A stretch of DNA of 64,000 bases from Eledone cirrhosa. Lineage: Eukaryota. The stretch spans positions 26,846,001 through 26,910,000 of the forward strand of contig OZ024753.1 in assembly GCA_964016885.1 (NCBI GenBank), read 5' to 3'. The notes beneath the pieces are model-generated. The model searched no databases, was not told the origin of the DNA, and saw nothing but the letters and a program-made list of their open reading frames with translations. Every line of letters starts with the position of its first letter. The stretch's first letter is position 1. The translations under genes and the position numbers were made by a program. Below, piece by piece: positions 11,320-24,965 of the stretch.

Positions 11320-11470
11320 CATACACCCGAGACGTGTCTGTGTGTATATCATGACTCATACACTCTTCACTTTCCTGACATTTGTACATTATTCTATGTA
11401 CTATACATGCCCCTTTGATGAGTTGTAGTGCACCTGAGCACTGTACACAATAATTTTCATTATCATTATT
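11320..11470 (+). mobile_element. CR1-like LINE 3' UTR fragment
   Basis: Shares gatgagttgtagtgcacctgagcactgtacacaa plus an (ATT)n tail with 39290-39430 and with 24795-24965 (minus). Confidence 0.75.
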
Positions 11471-11646
11471 TAACGTCTATTTTTCCATGCTTGCATATGT
11501 TAGACGGGATGTCATATTATGAGACAATTCAAGTCAAGTGATCATGTCTTGCTAATACAGATCTGTACTCTTTACCAAACAAGGACTTATACATGAAAAG
11601 ATATAATATATATTAGAAAAGACATTACAGCACACTAGAAGGATAC

Positions 11647-11743
11647 TGGGGTTTGCCATACTGTTCTGAGTCATCACCATCAACATTCAAATCAATGTCA
11701 TCATCCACAGATAAACGACTGCTTGACATCTGGAAGCCTGAAC
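11647..11743 (-). CDS. RNF220: RNF220-like exon (SGFQMSSSRLSVDDDIDLNVDGDDSEQYGKP)
   Basis: Acceptor ttttcag and U12-type donor GTATCCTT; 97 nt; contains the DLxVDGDDxxxYGKPQY motif. Confidence 0.93.
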
Positions 11744-11874
11744 CTGAAAAGAAGGGGGTGAAATGGAAAGAAAAGAAAAAATTTAGCATAGAATAAATTG
11801 AAAATAAATTCTTGTTTACTTTTCAGACATACATGAACTTCTGTGCATGCATACACAATGTTGACAACTATTTT

Positions 11875-12025
11875 CTCACACCAGTACTAGACTGGTACTT
11901 TTTTTTATTGACCTCAAAAGGATGAAAGGCAAAGTTGATCTTGGCAGGATTTGAAATCTGAGATCCGGAACGAATACCATAAAGCATTCTATCCAACTTT
12001 GTTACGACTGCCAATTCGCTGCCTA
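11875..12025 (-). mobile_element. Nin-domain tRNA SINE
   Basis: ctggtactt..aaggatgaaaggcaaagttga..ggatttgaa..ctgccaattcgctgcc. Confidence 0.75.
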
Positions 12026-12368
12026 TATTTTTAGTTTAGATGGCAATAAATTTACAAACACAATCACTCAATTTAGAAATAAACCTATAAAATAAGGCAA
12101 GTATACAACAATAAAATATAGAACAATTGTTTTACTATTTAGAAATTGACTAAGATGTTTTATACTGAATCAAATATTTAATAGTTTAATATATAAAATT
12201 TTTCCAAATCATGAAGAAACCAGTCATGAAGTTATTTCCCCTGTTTTTTTCAAACTGTTTTGTTTAGTCACAGGTCAAAGATGTATCAGATGTGACCGAC
12301 TGTCTATTTTTCAGACAGAGCACACTTGGTTATATTATTCATTGTCTTTTTCAGGCTTTTGATGATAG

Positions 12369-12449
12369 CAGACCTGCCAACTTCTAAAAACCCAAACGGG
12401 GAGATTTTACATAATAAAAGCTATACCCATTTTCATAAGAGAAGGTCTG
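12369..12449. mobile_element. short hAT-like MITE
   Basis: Ends CAGACCT...AGGTCTG; internal sequence shared with 56354-56528. Confidence 0.5.
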
Positions 12450-12656
12450 TGATAATAAAGTGTGGTTTAAGAGGGAGATTGGCTGCTGTTTCTACCTGAT
12501 CGAGTAACTATATAAAGGCTCTTCCTTCTTGGTGGCTTCCAGTTATTTAGTTTGCTGCCTCAAGTTTTTGAGTTCAAATTCTGTAGGAGCTATCTTTTCC
12601 TTTCTCTAACAGTCTTATTCTCTGCCATACCTTTCACAAATCTAAAATATTTTTAC

Positions 12657-12786
12657 CTGCAAAGCCTCCTTGAAGCATAGTCGTGGCTCGTATTCTTGTC
12701 TGTCCTGCCCATGTATATTCTTCATATTGCTCACCACTATCATCTCCTTCCACATCAACATGGTCATCTTCTGTTATCTGTTCCTT
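12657..12786 (-). CDS. RNF220: RNF220-like exon (KEQITEDDHVDVEGDDSGEQYEEYTWAGQTRIRATTMLQGGFA)
   Basis: Acceptor tttccag and donor gtaaaa; 130 nt; contains the RNF220 middle-domain motif EEYxWxGQxRIRATxxLxGGF. Confidence 0.95.
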
Positions 12787-12984
12787 CTGGAAATTAAGAA
12801 AAAAAACAAAACATCATCCTCATCACCATTTTATGTTCGCTTTTCAATGCTTGCATGGGTTCTTTCCATGCACAGCATATCTCCAATCATCTCGGTCCTT
12901 CACAACTGATTTAAGATGATTCTTTTAAAGTAATTCCAGTGTGACTGGAGAACCAGGATCAGTCACATGTTCACACAAAACATC

Positions 12985-13242
12985 AGTTTTGCAGCCACAC
13001 ATTTTAGTTATATATTTACAACTAAGACCAGATGTACAGCCTCACACAGTTATATATTTACAACTAAGACCAGATGTACAGCCACACATAGTTATATATT
13101 TACAACTAAGACCAGATGTACAGCCACACATAGTTATATATTTACAACTAAGACCAGTTGTATAGCCATACAAATTTATATATTTACAACTAAGACCAGA
13201 TGTACAGTCACACATATTAGTTATATTAAGACCAGTTGTACA
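12985..13242. repeat. minisatellite, 42-bp unit, ~6 copies
   Basis: gttatatatttacaactaagaccagatgtacagccacacata repeated. Confidence 0.95.
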
Positions 13243-13377
13243 TTCAAAGTTCAGCATTAGATACATATGATGGGTGAGTATCAAACATAAGTTTAATAAG
13301 ATGTAGTTATCATTTGTATAATTAATACTTAAATATAAACAGGTGTGAATAGCAATGGTTTAATGGCAATATTTTAC

Positions 13378-13493
13378 CTTCTTTAAGCACAATTCAGCGT
13401 GTTCATTTAGTTCCTGAGCTGTTCCCGATAATTTTTCACTACATATAGGACAAACTGCTTCTTCTGGCCTTTTCTTCTTGTTCCTGCTCCGTG
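13378..13493 (-). CDS. RNF220: RNF220-like exon (RSRNKKKRPEEAVCPICSEKLSGTAQELNEHAELCLKK)
   Basis: Acceptor taaatag and donor gtaaaa; 116 nt; basic NLS-like run followed by a C2HC-type CPIC..H..C motif. Confidence 0.92.
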
Positions 13494-13987
13494 CTATTTA
13501 AAATTAGAGGAGAAAAGATACAATAAATAAAAATGGAATAAAGTTACAGCTTTACTTAACTTACCCTATATCTTAGTTGAGAGGAAGATATCTTTTGGAA
13601 AATATTATAATGGCTTGAGAAAACAGCTTCTAGATTTCTATATGTAGTTCATATATTGGGAATACAATATGATGAGCAGATTGATAAAATACCAGTAATA
13701 TGTCAGTGTTAATTTAACTCAATAGCACAAACTGAAAATGTATAGGGATGAAACCACTTTCAGGTACATAGAATGATAATGATTTGTAACACTTGCACAA
13801 AGTCCCAAAGTTGAGGAAAGTGAGTAATTGATTCAACTGAATTATTTTATTGATAGTGAAAAGACAAAGTTGACCCCATAAAGGTATGTAACTAAATACA
13901 TAGTCACAACACCAACCCCACCAATTATAATAATAATACTCCAGCACATTTTCCATCCACACTGCGTGACATAGTAGTAATAATAGT

Positions 13988-14208
13988 AATAATTGTTTCT
14001 ACTATAGACACAAGGCCAGCAATTTGTAGAGGGGAAAGTCAATTAAATCGACCTCAGTGCATTACTGGTTCTTTATTTTATCGACCCCGTAAGGATGAAA
14101 GGCAAAACAAACCATGGCAGGATTTGAACTGAAAATGTAAAGGGCCGTAACTCTCTGCCGCAAAGCAGGTTGTCCAACGCTCTACCGATTCTGCCAATCC
14201 ACTGCCCT
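13988..14208 (-). mobile_element. full-length Nin-domain tRNA SINE
   Basis: Reverse complement of the 56591 copy, from the head ggcagtggattggcag to the tail gtagaaacaatt. Confidence 0.85.
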
Positions 14209-14248
14209 AAGCACAACAAATATTGAAATAGGGAAACGTAAAACTTAC

Positions 14249-14291
14249 AGCTTAGCCTTGATTGCCTGTTACATTTGATCCTTTGGTAGGT
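14249..14291 (-). CDS. RNF220: RNF220-like exon (TYQRIKCNRQSRLS)
   Basis: Acceptor cttcattag and donor gtaagt; 43 nt; resembles RNF220 'TFLRVRANRQTRLN'. Confidence 0.88.
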
Positions 14292-14512
14292 CTAATGAAG
14301 AGAAAGAAAAAAGTACAAATTAGTACAACTCTTATTAATAGTTATCTGTATAGTGACTATATTTTAAAATTTTCTAACACTTCAAATATCTTGATACCAA
14401 TTTGAAAGGCAATTTTGTTAGTTTCTTCATCACAGTAAGTAGATACAGTGATACAGTGTTATTAAAGGGAACAAAACATTATATATATCGATATACTTGT
14501 CTCCTACTTAAA

Positions 14513-14705
14513 CTTTTTAGCATTTGAACCGGCCTTATCCGGCCAGAACTTTCTCACCTCTTTCTGTTCAAACCGGCTGCTCATACTGATGTTAAGGTAT
14601 TGTTCTCAAAATAAATAACATCAAAATCTCGTAGATTTGATATTATGTGAGATAAAGCCTTTACCACAAAAATACAATAGTGTACACAAACACACACACA
14701 TATAT

Positions 14706-14757
<52 letters not shown>

Positions 14758-14774
14758 ATGTAAATGCTAAAGGG
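14513..14774 (-). mobile_element. family A MITE (orientation Y) with an internal CA/GA microsatellite expansion
   Basis: Family A body with (GA)n inserted before the terminal gagtaatgtaaatgctaaaggg. Confidence 0.8.
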
Positions 14775-14869
14775 TAGAGTTAAAGAGATAAAAGATTTAC
14801 TGGCAGTAATAAAAAAAGCAAACATTTTTTTAATGAGATCAAAACAACTTTCCAATAAATACCTAATTT

Positions 14870-15125
14870 CAACCCTTTTGATAACAAACGCTCATAAACG
14901 TTCCCTGGTTCTACATGACAAAACTGTTTTAACCCTTTTGAAAGCAATGTGTGTGAAACCTTCCCTGGTTCTACAAGACAAAACTGTGTGAAACCTTCCC
15001 TGGTTCTACAAGACAAAACTGTGTGAAACCTTCCCTGGTTCTACAAGACAAAACTGTGTGAAACTTTCCCTGGTTCTACAAGACAAAACTGTGTGAAACG
15101 TTCCCTGGTTCTACAAGACAAAACA
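14870..15125. repeat. minisatellite, 35-bp unit, 5 near-perfect copies plus one diverged copy
   Basis: gtgtgaaaccttccctggttctacaagacaaaact at 14951, 14986, 15021, 15056 and 15091. Confidence 0.95.
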
Positions 15126-16490
15126 GAACTAATCCCCTTTGAACAGTTCTAGTTCTGTGAAGTAATAACCAACCATTTTAAAGTGTTCTTGATTTAGAGA
15201 TTCAAACAACAATATACAACTACAAGAACATTTTACAGCTGCAAAAAAAATCATTTAAAAAAAATGTTTTAGAATACAACTAAATATTTTTTTAAATGTT
15301 TTAGAATACAGTAAAAATATTTAAAAAAATGTTTTAGAATAAACTGGGAGAGGCAATGGAGGAAATAAAAAGCATTGTTTGAAAGTTATGTGTAGCTTTT
15401 ATGAGGTAATAATAGAGAAATTTCCATCCCCCACAAACCTATCCAGAAATCCTGCTTTGCAATTATCTTTGAACAATGTATGAGAAACAGAGGAATCAAA
15501 TAAAAATACTAACAGGTCGTATCACTTTCCAAGGAATTTTTCACCTTTAAACCCGTCTGCAACAATTAATAGTCTTTTCCTGAACCCTGTTCTGGGTTCA
15601 AGTTGTAGAAGCACCCAAAACATACACACATAACAGTTTATGATGTGTGACACTTTTGAAAATAAATGTGTTTAAATAGAAAATAAAATTATTCAGGATT
15701 TTATAGAAGCTAAAGAACTTTATAGAATTTAATCATTTATATTTATTTTTATTTTTTAGTTAATTGTTTAATACCATGAAGTTTAAACATTAACCATCCC
15801 AACTGAAAAAATAAAATTAAATAAAAAAAATAAGGAGAAGAAAAAAAGGCAAAAATTAATTGTCCATTTAGTAAAATTTTATTTTAGATATGCAATTATA
15901 TTTGATTTAATTTTGTTTTGAAGAGAGGGGAGCAGAACGTTATACAAGACCTCTTTAGCGAGAGAGAGTAAGAGAGAAAGGTGTAGAAGTGAGAGCTAAA
16001 TTACACACTTGATAATTAAAAAAGAATAAATACCATTTTCAATTGGAACATAAAAGGTGTTAAAAACGAGGAAATCAAAACTTGTAGGTGGTAATTTTTC
16101 TTTCTCTCAGCAATATCTTTAATATGAAGGAATTTAATATGATCAAATGTGAAGGAGGAGAAGAAAAATATCTGGAGGAATTAAAATAGTATTGCTAGGA
16201 ATGAGGTACAAGGAAATCAAAACTATATTGTTCTTGCTGCTCAGCTTTATGTAATCCCTGATGGAATAGATCTATAACCATTCCAGTCATGACCATCCTG
16301 TCTTTTTATTTAGTAAGTAGTATATCTAGGACAGCATTACCTGATGTGTCCTCGCTTTACTAAAATGGTATGGTGTGATTTGAGGAAGATTTGGCTGCTA
16401 TTTCTAACTGTCACTGCTGCGATTGGCTGACATACTTTTTTTCTTCATTCAAACTTTGACAGCAGGAGTTTGTGAACACAAGGTTATTAA

Positions 16491-17253
16491 CCCCTTTTGA
16501 TGCCAACCTGGCCAATATCTACCTCAGGTTCAATGAAACAAAACCACCTTTAAAGGGCTTCTATTTAAATTAAAATCTTCCAACATAATTTCATATAAGA
16601 ACCATGCAATAAGTATTTTAGTAATGAAATAATACTTTTAGTAAATGCCTCATAATTCTTCATTAATTAAATGAAATACAGCATATTGTATTAGAAATAT
16701 GGTGAGGAACGGATTAATTTTTAAAATAAATTCTTTTAACTCCACAGAATCAGTTTACAGAAAAGATATGGATAAGACTTAATTATATAATTATTAAAAA
16801 AAATTCCTTTTTGATATTGAAATTTATATTTTAACTGTTTTATTTTAGTGTGGGGAGTGGGCATAAAAATACTTTTTAACCCTTTCGTTACCATATTTCT
16901 AATGAAAGACACTGCCTATAGTTTTTAAATAATAAACATTTTAGAAGGATTTAGTAATATAACCAATTTTCTGTTTCTCAAATTGGTGTTTGGAGCATAA
17001 CTTAAAAGTTCTTACTTAAAAATTGTGATTTTCAGATAAATATATACACTATCATTAACCCTTTAGCATTTACATTACTCTACATTTACTATTATATTTT
17101 CATGGTAAAGGCTTTACCTCACATAATATTGAATATATGAGATTTTGATATTATTTATTTTGAGAATACCTTAACATCAGTATAAGTGGCTGGTTACAGC
17201 CAGTTTAAACAGAAAGAGGTGAGAGAATTCTGGCCGGTTTAAATGCTAAAGGG
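16491..17253. mobile_element. family B MITE copies (16491-16713, ~16880-17010) and family A copy (17059-17253, orientation X)
   Basis: TTAA-CCC ends and similarity to 7365-7808 and 5079-5297. Confidence 0.75.
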
Positions 17254-17444
17254 TTAAAACACTCATGAAACCTATGAGATATCATCTTGAAGTCCAGTTA
17301 TGTTTACATAGGAGTGAGATGTCAATTTTATTTAATTTTTTTTTTCATGTTTGTAATCCAAGGCTATGGTAAATGACCCAAGATACCACACATTGGGATT
17401 GAACCTAATAATTGCATAGCAAACTTCTTAATCATTGAGACCCC

Positions 17445-18330
17445 ACACCATCATTATTACCACCACCTCCACCATTACTAATACCACTGCCACCACCACC
17501 AAGAACAAGTTACATCAACAGCAACTTTAGTAGTACCATTACTTCCACAACTAGCAAAGAGACAAAAGAGTTTCTACATGATTACTCAACCTGCTAGAAA
17601 TAGCAGCCAAATCCCGCCCCCTCACACCTTGTCAGTGTTAAGTAAGAAAAGGATAAATTAGATCATGTTGTACACAGCTGTAAAAAGATGGAATGTTTGT
17701 GGTTGAAGAAGTGTGGCCTTTGATCACAGGTTTGTAGAATCAGAGCTGACACAACTCAACAACAACATTCACTACCACCAACAACAGTTATGACAATGGT
17801 AACTTTTAATACCACCACCCCCAACAACACCACCACCACCATTACCAATGGTAATTTTTAATACCACCACCATCACCAACAACAACAGTACCTTTTAATA
17901 CATCCCTATCTTCACCACCAGCATCATAATCATGACCACCACCACAACAACCACACTTATGACCAACACTGCTAACCACCAAGACCACTAACGACACCAA
18001 CACCACCACCACCACCAACCCGAGGCAAATTAAAGTTCAATATTTATCACTCTAAATTAATTAAAAGACAATCAATATGAATGATTGCTATTGTGGTGAA
18101 CAATGACTGGAGGGGGATTGGGGGGGGGGGGGGGCATTTCTTGAAGTTGGAATGTGGATGATGAAGAATGAACAGAATATAATGAAAATAATAGTGAGAT
18201 GGGGGTGGTGGTAGTGAGCTGGTGGTGGTAGTAGTAGAGATAGTAGTGGTGGTAGTGGTCGTAGTAGTGATAATGGTGCTGCTGATAGTGGTGAGCTGGA
18301 GATAGTGATGGTGGTGGTGTTGAGCTGGTG
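17445..18330. repeat. degenerate (ACC/AAC)n tract followed by (GGT)n tract and a G-run
   Basis: Seen directly as low-complexity sequence. Confidence 0.8.
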
Positions 18331-20937
18331 AGTTAACAAGTGACTAATTCACAAATTACTAACACTGGTGAATCTAACATCCACCTGACTAGTACACAGA
18401 CACACATATATACACACACACACACATATACATACACACATATACATATATACATATACATATACATACACATACATATATATATATAGAGAGAGAGAGA
18501 TTTGTAAGACAAAGTGAATGCAACAATGTTCCAGTAGAGGATGTAAGGGAACAACTAACACAATTCAATATAAAATGGACTGAGTTTTGTTGTGTTTATT
18601 GTCTTTATTCCTCTTGTTTCCTTGTGAAACAACAGCAAGATAAATATTGTCAAACTTCTCGTCCATATTGGTTTGCTGTTTCTCTACTCTCTCTTAAATA
18701 TCTGACAACTAAAGTAGGATTAATATCACAAGGAACAGTGGTGGGGGTGGTGGGGAGAAATCTCCTCCAAATTGCATCGACTAACCTTTGCCCTCTCCCT
18801 TCTCTGCAGCATCTTTCTTCGCACATCTTGAAGACATTGGTGACAGTAAAGTGTGTGTGTGTGTGTCCAGAGTAAAAATGGGGGAATATAAACAGATATT
18901 TTACAGAAGCATATGAGAAGATAAGGAGGGGGGGGGGGCATGCATACATGTATACATACATAATACAGATATACATATTAACATTCATACATATATATAT
19001 ACAAGTATACATACTAACATTCATACATATATATATATATATACAATTATACATACTAACATTCATACATATATACATGCATAACACATATATATATATA
19101 CAAATATACATACTAACATTCATACATATATATACATGCATAACACATATGTATATACAAATATACATATTAACATTCATACAAATATACATACTAACAT
19201 TCATACATATATACATACCTAACAAAGATATATGCATACTAACATTCATACCAACAAACATCTTTTCATCTATATATAGTCATACAAACACAATACATGT
19301 GTACAAACATACATAGACATATGTATGTTTGTATATATAAATATCCATGCATGCATTAATACATATATACATACATAAAAGGCTTCGGCGGGAAATGGGA
19401 ATAATGGAGAGGAAATAGAGGCTATGGACATTTCTAACTCTTTAATTTTCAGTAGAAATCCCAGTAGCAGCAATGTTGGAAGAAGAGGATGTGTAGGGTG
19501 ACAAGATGGTGGGAATGTTGAGAAGTAACCCCCCCCCCCCCCCAAAAAAAAAACCACTGTAAATTTTGAAAAATCAAACCAAGTGGTGGACATTTTTATG
19601 AAGCTGTCAACAGTCCATAATTAATTGAAGCTAATGTTTGCTAGTGTTTTACTCTTATGTTGTTGACGGGCAAAAATAATTGATGAAACAGAGAGGTAAA
19701 GCAAGGCCAATTGGACCGGTTCTACTAAAATATGCCGTTAATTAAGCCATTTGCTCAATGGATGGAGGACTAAACACCTGCCCCTCCTCTTGCCCCCAAA
19801 AAAGAACAACAATAATAGCAACAAACCATTCTGTGATTATTGGAAAGCAAATAAAACAAGTCAACAACCATAACAAGCTATGGATTGGATGTCATAAATA
19901 ATTCAACCACTCCTTCCTCTTTTTATTTTAGAATTGATGAAAATAAGGAAAAAACAAAACAAACAGCAACAACAAACAAACAAAAAATGAAGCAAAAAGT
20001 AAATGAATAAAACAAAATAAAATTTCAAAAAAAAAAAAAAAGAAAATGAAAAGAACTACAGCAATTTTAAGATAAGACATGAAAACAGGAGAGAAAAATA
20101 TATGTATAAACGAATAAAGAGAATTTGAGTTTAACAAAACTAGCAACAAAAGCTCTAAAATATAATAATAATAATAATAATAATAATGAAAGAAAAAATA
20201 TAATAAAAATGTGATAAATGAATAGAAAGAGAAAAAAAAAGAAAAAAAGAACGAAACGAAACAAAACAAAAACAAAAAAGTAAAGTAACAAACAGAAATA
20301 AAGACATAAAAATCAAATTGTTAATATTCAGCAATGAATTCCTACAGATGAATCTGCATTCTAGAATCTCTAGCACTTATCATATTGGAACTATTATTGA
20401 CAAAACATTATCAAAGAGAAGTGCAACGATCTGCTGGATGAGAGAACAGCTCTTTCTTTTCACTTTCCCATCTCTTTTCATAATGAGGAGACTGTGTATG
20501 TAGGGAGAGGAGAGACATAATATATATATTTATATAGATGTTTGTGCATACACATTATATATATACACACATACATACATATTTTATGTATATATATATA
20601 TATATAAGAGTGGTGGGAGAAGACAAGAGAGAGAGAAGCCAGGAACCAAGGGGTAGAAAACCAAGTTGGAGGTGGGAAGGTGGGGAGGACAAGGAGTTGT
20701 CTTAGAAAAACTGTCTTTTGCAATATTTCTTGATTTTTTTAACAAGATTTTTTTTTTTTTCATGTTATCAAATATATTGATATCACAATTATTATTATTA
20801 TCATTATTATTATTATTGTTGTCATTATTATTGTACTTGGGTATTTTTTAAAACTATTTATACTTGCTTTACTTTTTTGATTTCTTTCATTTAATCATTT
20901 ATCACTATCTTTCATTATTGTAATTCTTTTATTATTA

Positions 20938-21009
<72 letters not shown>

Positions 21010-21744
21010 TTTTTGTTTTTATTTATCTAAGTATATTCTTTATTTCCTAATTTTCTCCCCACCTTCCTCCCCCTCTTAGCTCCTATTTTATTTCACACAT
21101 TTTTATTTTATATTATATATTTTACAACCTTCTTTATGTTTTTGCTTTGAGCTGAAATCAGCCATGTTAGAGCCTGAAAAGAAATTGCCAGAACAAAGGG
21201 CAAATCAATATGGGTAGAACAATTTATTACTGCAAACTGGTTAGCCATTAAGCGATGCTTCTTTTATCTGGCGCCATTGGGCATAGAATCTGAAGAGAAA
21301 CACATCATGTCATGGGCAAGAGATTGATCATGCTCGCTGCCGTGCCAAACACTGTTCACAATAAAGAGAGTAGCTCGTTCCTTCCCATTTACAAGACTGT
21401 TAGTGCAGTGTTTACACGCTAGCAAAACAGCTGCTTCGACTCTCACGGACAGCTAGTTAACCAATAGCAACATGTTTTAAATAAACACATACAAGTAGAA
21501 AAACAACAACAAACAAACAATAAATATATTTAAAAAAAACCCTGCCTGTAAAAATTCACTTATGCATGAGTGCGTATGTATACATACATACATGAATATA
21601 TAGACACATGCATCTATCTATATATACATATACTATATATATACACACACATCAATACATATATGCATACATACAAAACACACACGCATTGTTCATACAA
21701 GTGTGTACGTATATATTTCATCAATTAATGTTTGATTTCCCTTA

Positions 21745-22185
21745 TATATAAATATATATATATACATACACACACATATATATATACATATGTATATGTA
21801 TATATATACATATATATACATACATATATATATACATACACACACATATATATATACATACATATACATATGTATATATATATATACATATATATACATA
21901 CATATATATATATACATACACACACATATATATATACATACATATACATATGTATATATATACACACATATATATATATATACATACATATACATATGTA
22001 TATATATACACAGATATATATATATATACATACATATACATATGTATATATATATATACATATATATACATACATATATACATATATATACATACATACA
22101 TACACATATGTATATATATATATACATATATATACACATATATACATACATATATACACATACATACATATATATATATATATAA
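21745..22185. repeat. compound TA/TACA microsatellite
   Basis: Seen directly. Confidence 0.98.
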
Positions 22186-22629
22186 GAAATAAAGTAAGTG
22201 AATAAATGTAATAAATGCATAGAGGGATAGAGTGAAAGGAGAGAAGCTGAGAATGAGTGAGTGTGTTCCATTCCAGCAACCACTGTCTCCACTTCACCTG
22301 GGGTATAATATCATCAATGAACATCTACTGGGTTAGCAAGATGCTAAGATGCTAAGGCTGCTATTTACTGGTTCAGAACTTAAACCACCACCACCACTTG
22401 CACCAACCTCCATCCTTGGAACTAGTCACTTCACTGCACCCTTATCTTTATCTTCCATCCCCCCAAACTGACACCCTCCAAAAGGAATTAAAGTTATGTC
22501 TTTTTTTTTGTTTAGATATTTGAGAAGCACAAATAGAGAATAAGCAAATAAGTAGAGAGAATATATGTATATACCATTATCATCACCATTTAACGTCCAT
22601 TTTTCCATGCTAGCATGGGTTATATATAT

Positions 22630-22662
<33 letters not shown>

Positions 22663-23124
22663 AACTCGAAAATATATACGTTTGTGTATATATATATATA
22701 TATGATGGTAAAATATAATATATAAAATAACATGTACGGTAAATATGACAGCGTGTGTGTAGGTTTTTATGGCAGTTCAGCAATGATTTATTGGATATTA
22801 CTAAACATTTTTCAATAAAGGATCCCCAAGATACAAATATGACAGGACAGTATTTCGTCTTTCCTTCTTTTAATATGATATTAATATTACCATTAATAAT
22901 AATAATAACAACAAAAAAAGCAACCAAAAATATATGAAAATGTTTACAAATAATTTTAAATTAGAAATTGATTCATAACATTTCACACACACACACACAA
23001 TTTACTTATTAAAATCTTGTGTGTGTGTGAGAGAGAGAGACCGTGACTGCAACGAGTTGTGTTTGTGTGCAGGTGTGCATGCATGCATGTGGATGCACAT
23101 TCTGACAAAAACGTGTGAATATTT

Positions 23125-24040
<916 letters not shown>

Positions 24041-24794
24041 TTATTTTATGACTATTATTAACTAAATTTTCTGCAACAAAATATCACTTCAATATGAAAC
24101 AAATTTATTCTACAAGGATAAAAACCATATCCAATTGAAAACTGTTTTTTCAACCCTGAAACCAATATAATTCTAGAGAAAGCTCAAGAAAAAACTGTAA
24201 CCCTATCTTATAGCAGCAAACATATATTTTCTTTAATTTAATTTTCTTTAATTTTTTTTTTCTGATTTACAATTTTTTTTCACCCACCTCAATTTATTTG
24301 AAATTGAAATTTTCAATAAGAATTGTCAAATAAAAGTTAAACAATTGCTTTGAAAATTATTTTTTCTCTTCTCTTCTCTCTCGCATATTTTGAGTTTGTG
24401 TCTTAGCAAATATAGTAAAATATAGCATTTAGTTTATATAGGTGTAATGTGGCGTGTGTGTGGAGAAGTGAGTAGTCTAGATGGAATTCATGGTAAAGAA
24501 AAGATAGTATGATATAAAACTTCTGTAAACATCACCACATGAAACTCACTACAGTACAAGCCAACGAGACAGCCATTACATGATTACTCACACTGCAAGA
24601 CATAGCAGCTAAATCTTCACTAAATAGCACATTAAAAAAGAAAGAAAGGAGTAAATTGTTAGATTGGACCAAAGAAACAATGTTGTCATTGCCGATACTA
24701 TCTGCCAGTTGCAATTCTTGGCAGAAGGAGCAGTGTGAAATAAAGTATTTTACTGAGGAACACAACATACCTCCAGGTCCAGGATTTATGATCT

Positions 24795-24965
24795 TAATAA
24801 TAATATAATAATAATGAAATATTGTGTACAGTGCTCAGGTGCACTACAACTCATCAAAAAGTGTATGTATAGCACATAGGGCAATGCACAAACGCCAGGA
24901 AAATGAACAGTGCATGAGTCATGACATACACATGTGTGCATGTGTATGGAAGGAGTACATCAGGT
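24795..24965 (-). mobile_element. CR1-like LINE 3' UTR fragment
   Basis: Reverse complement of 39290-39430, with an (AAT)n tail. Confidence 0.75.

Larger units (their letters stand above)
10732..11646 (-). other. U12-type (minor spliceosome) GT-AG intron, 915 nt
   Basis: 5' splice site GTATCCTTC; branch site TTCTTTAAC (10750-10742) about 12 nt from the AG; no polypyrimidine tract. Confidence 0.9.

Noticed and set aside
12941-15125. CRISPR-like arrays (42-bp and 35-bp repeats)
   Set aside because: Head-to-tail repeats with no unique spacers and no cas genes, in eukaryotic introns; these are minisatellites.
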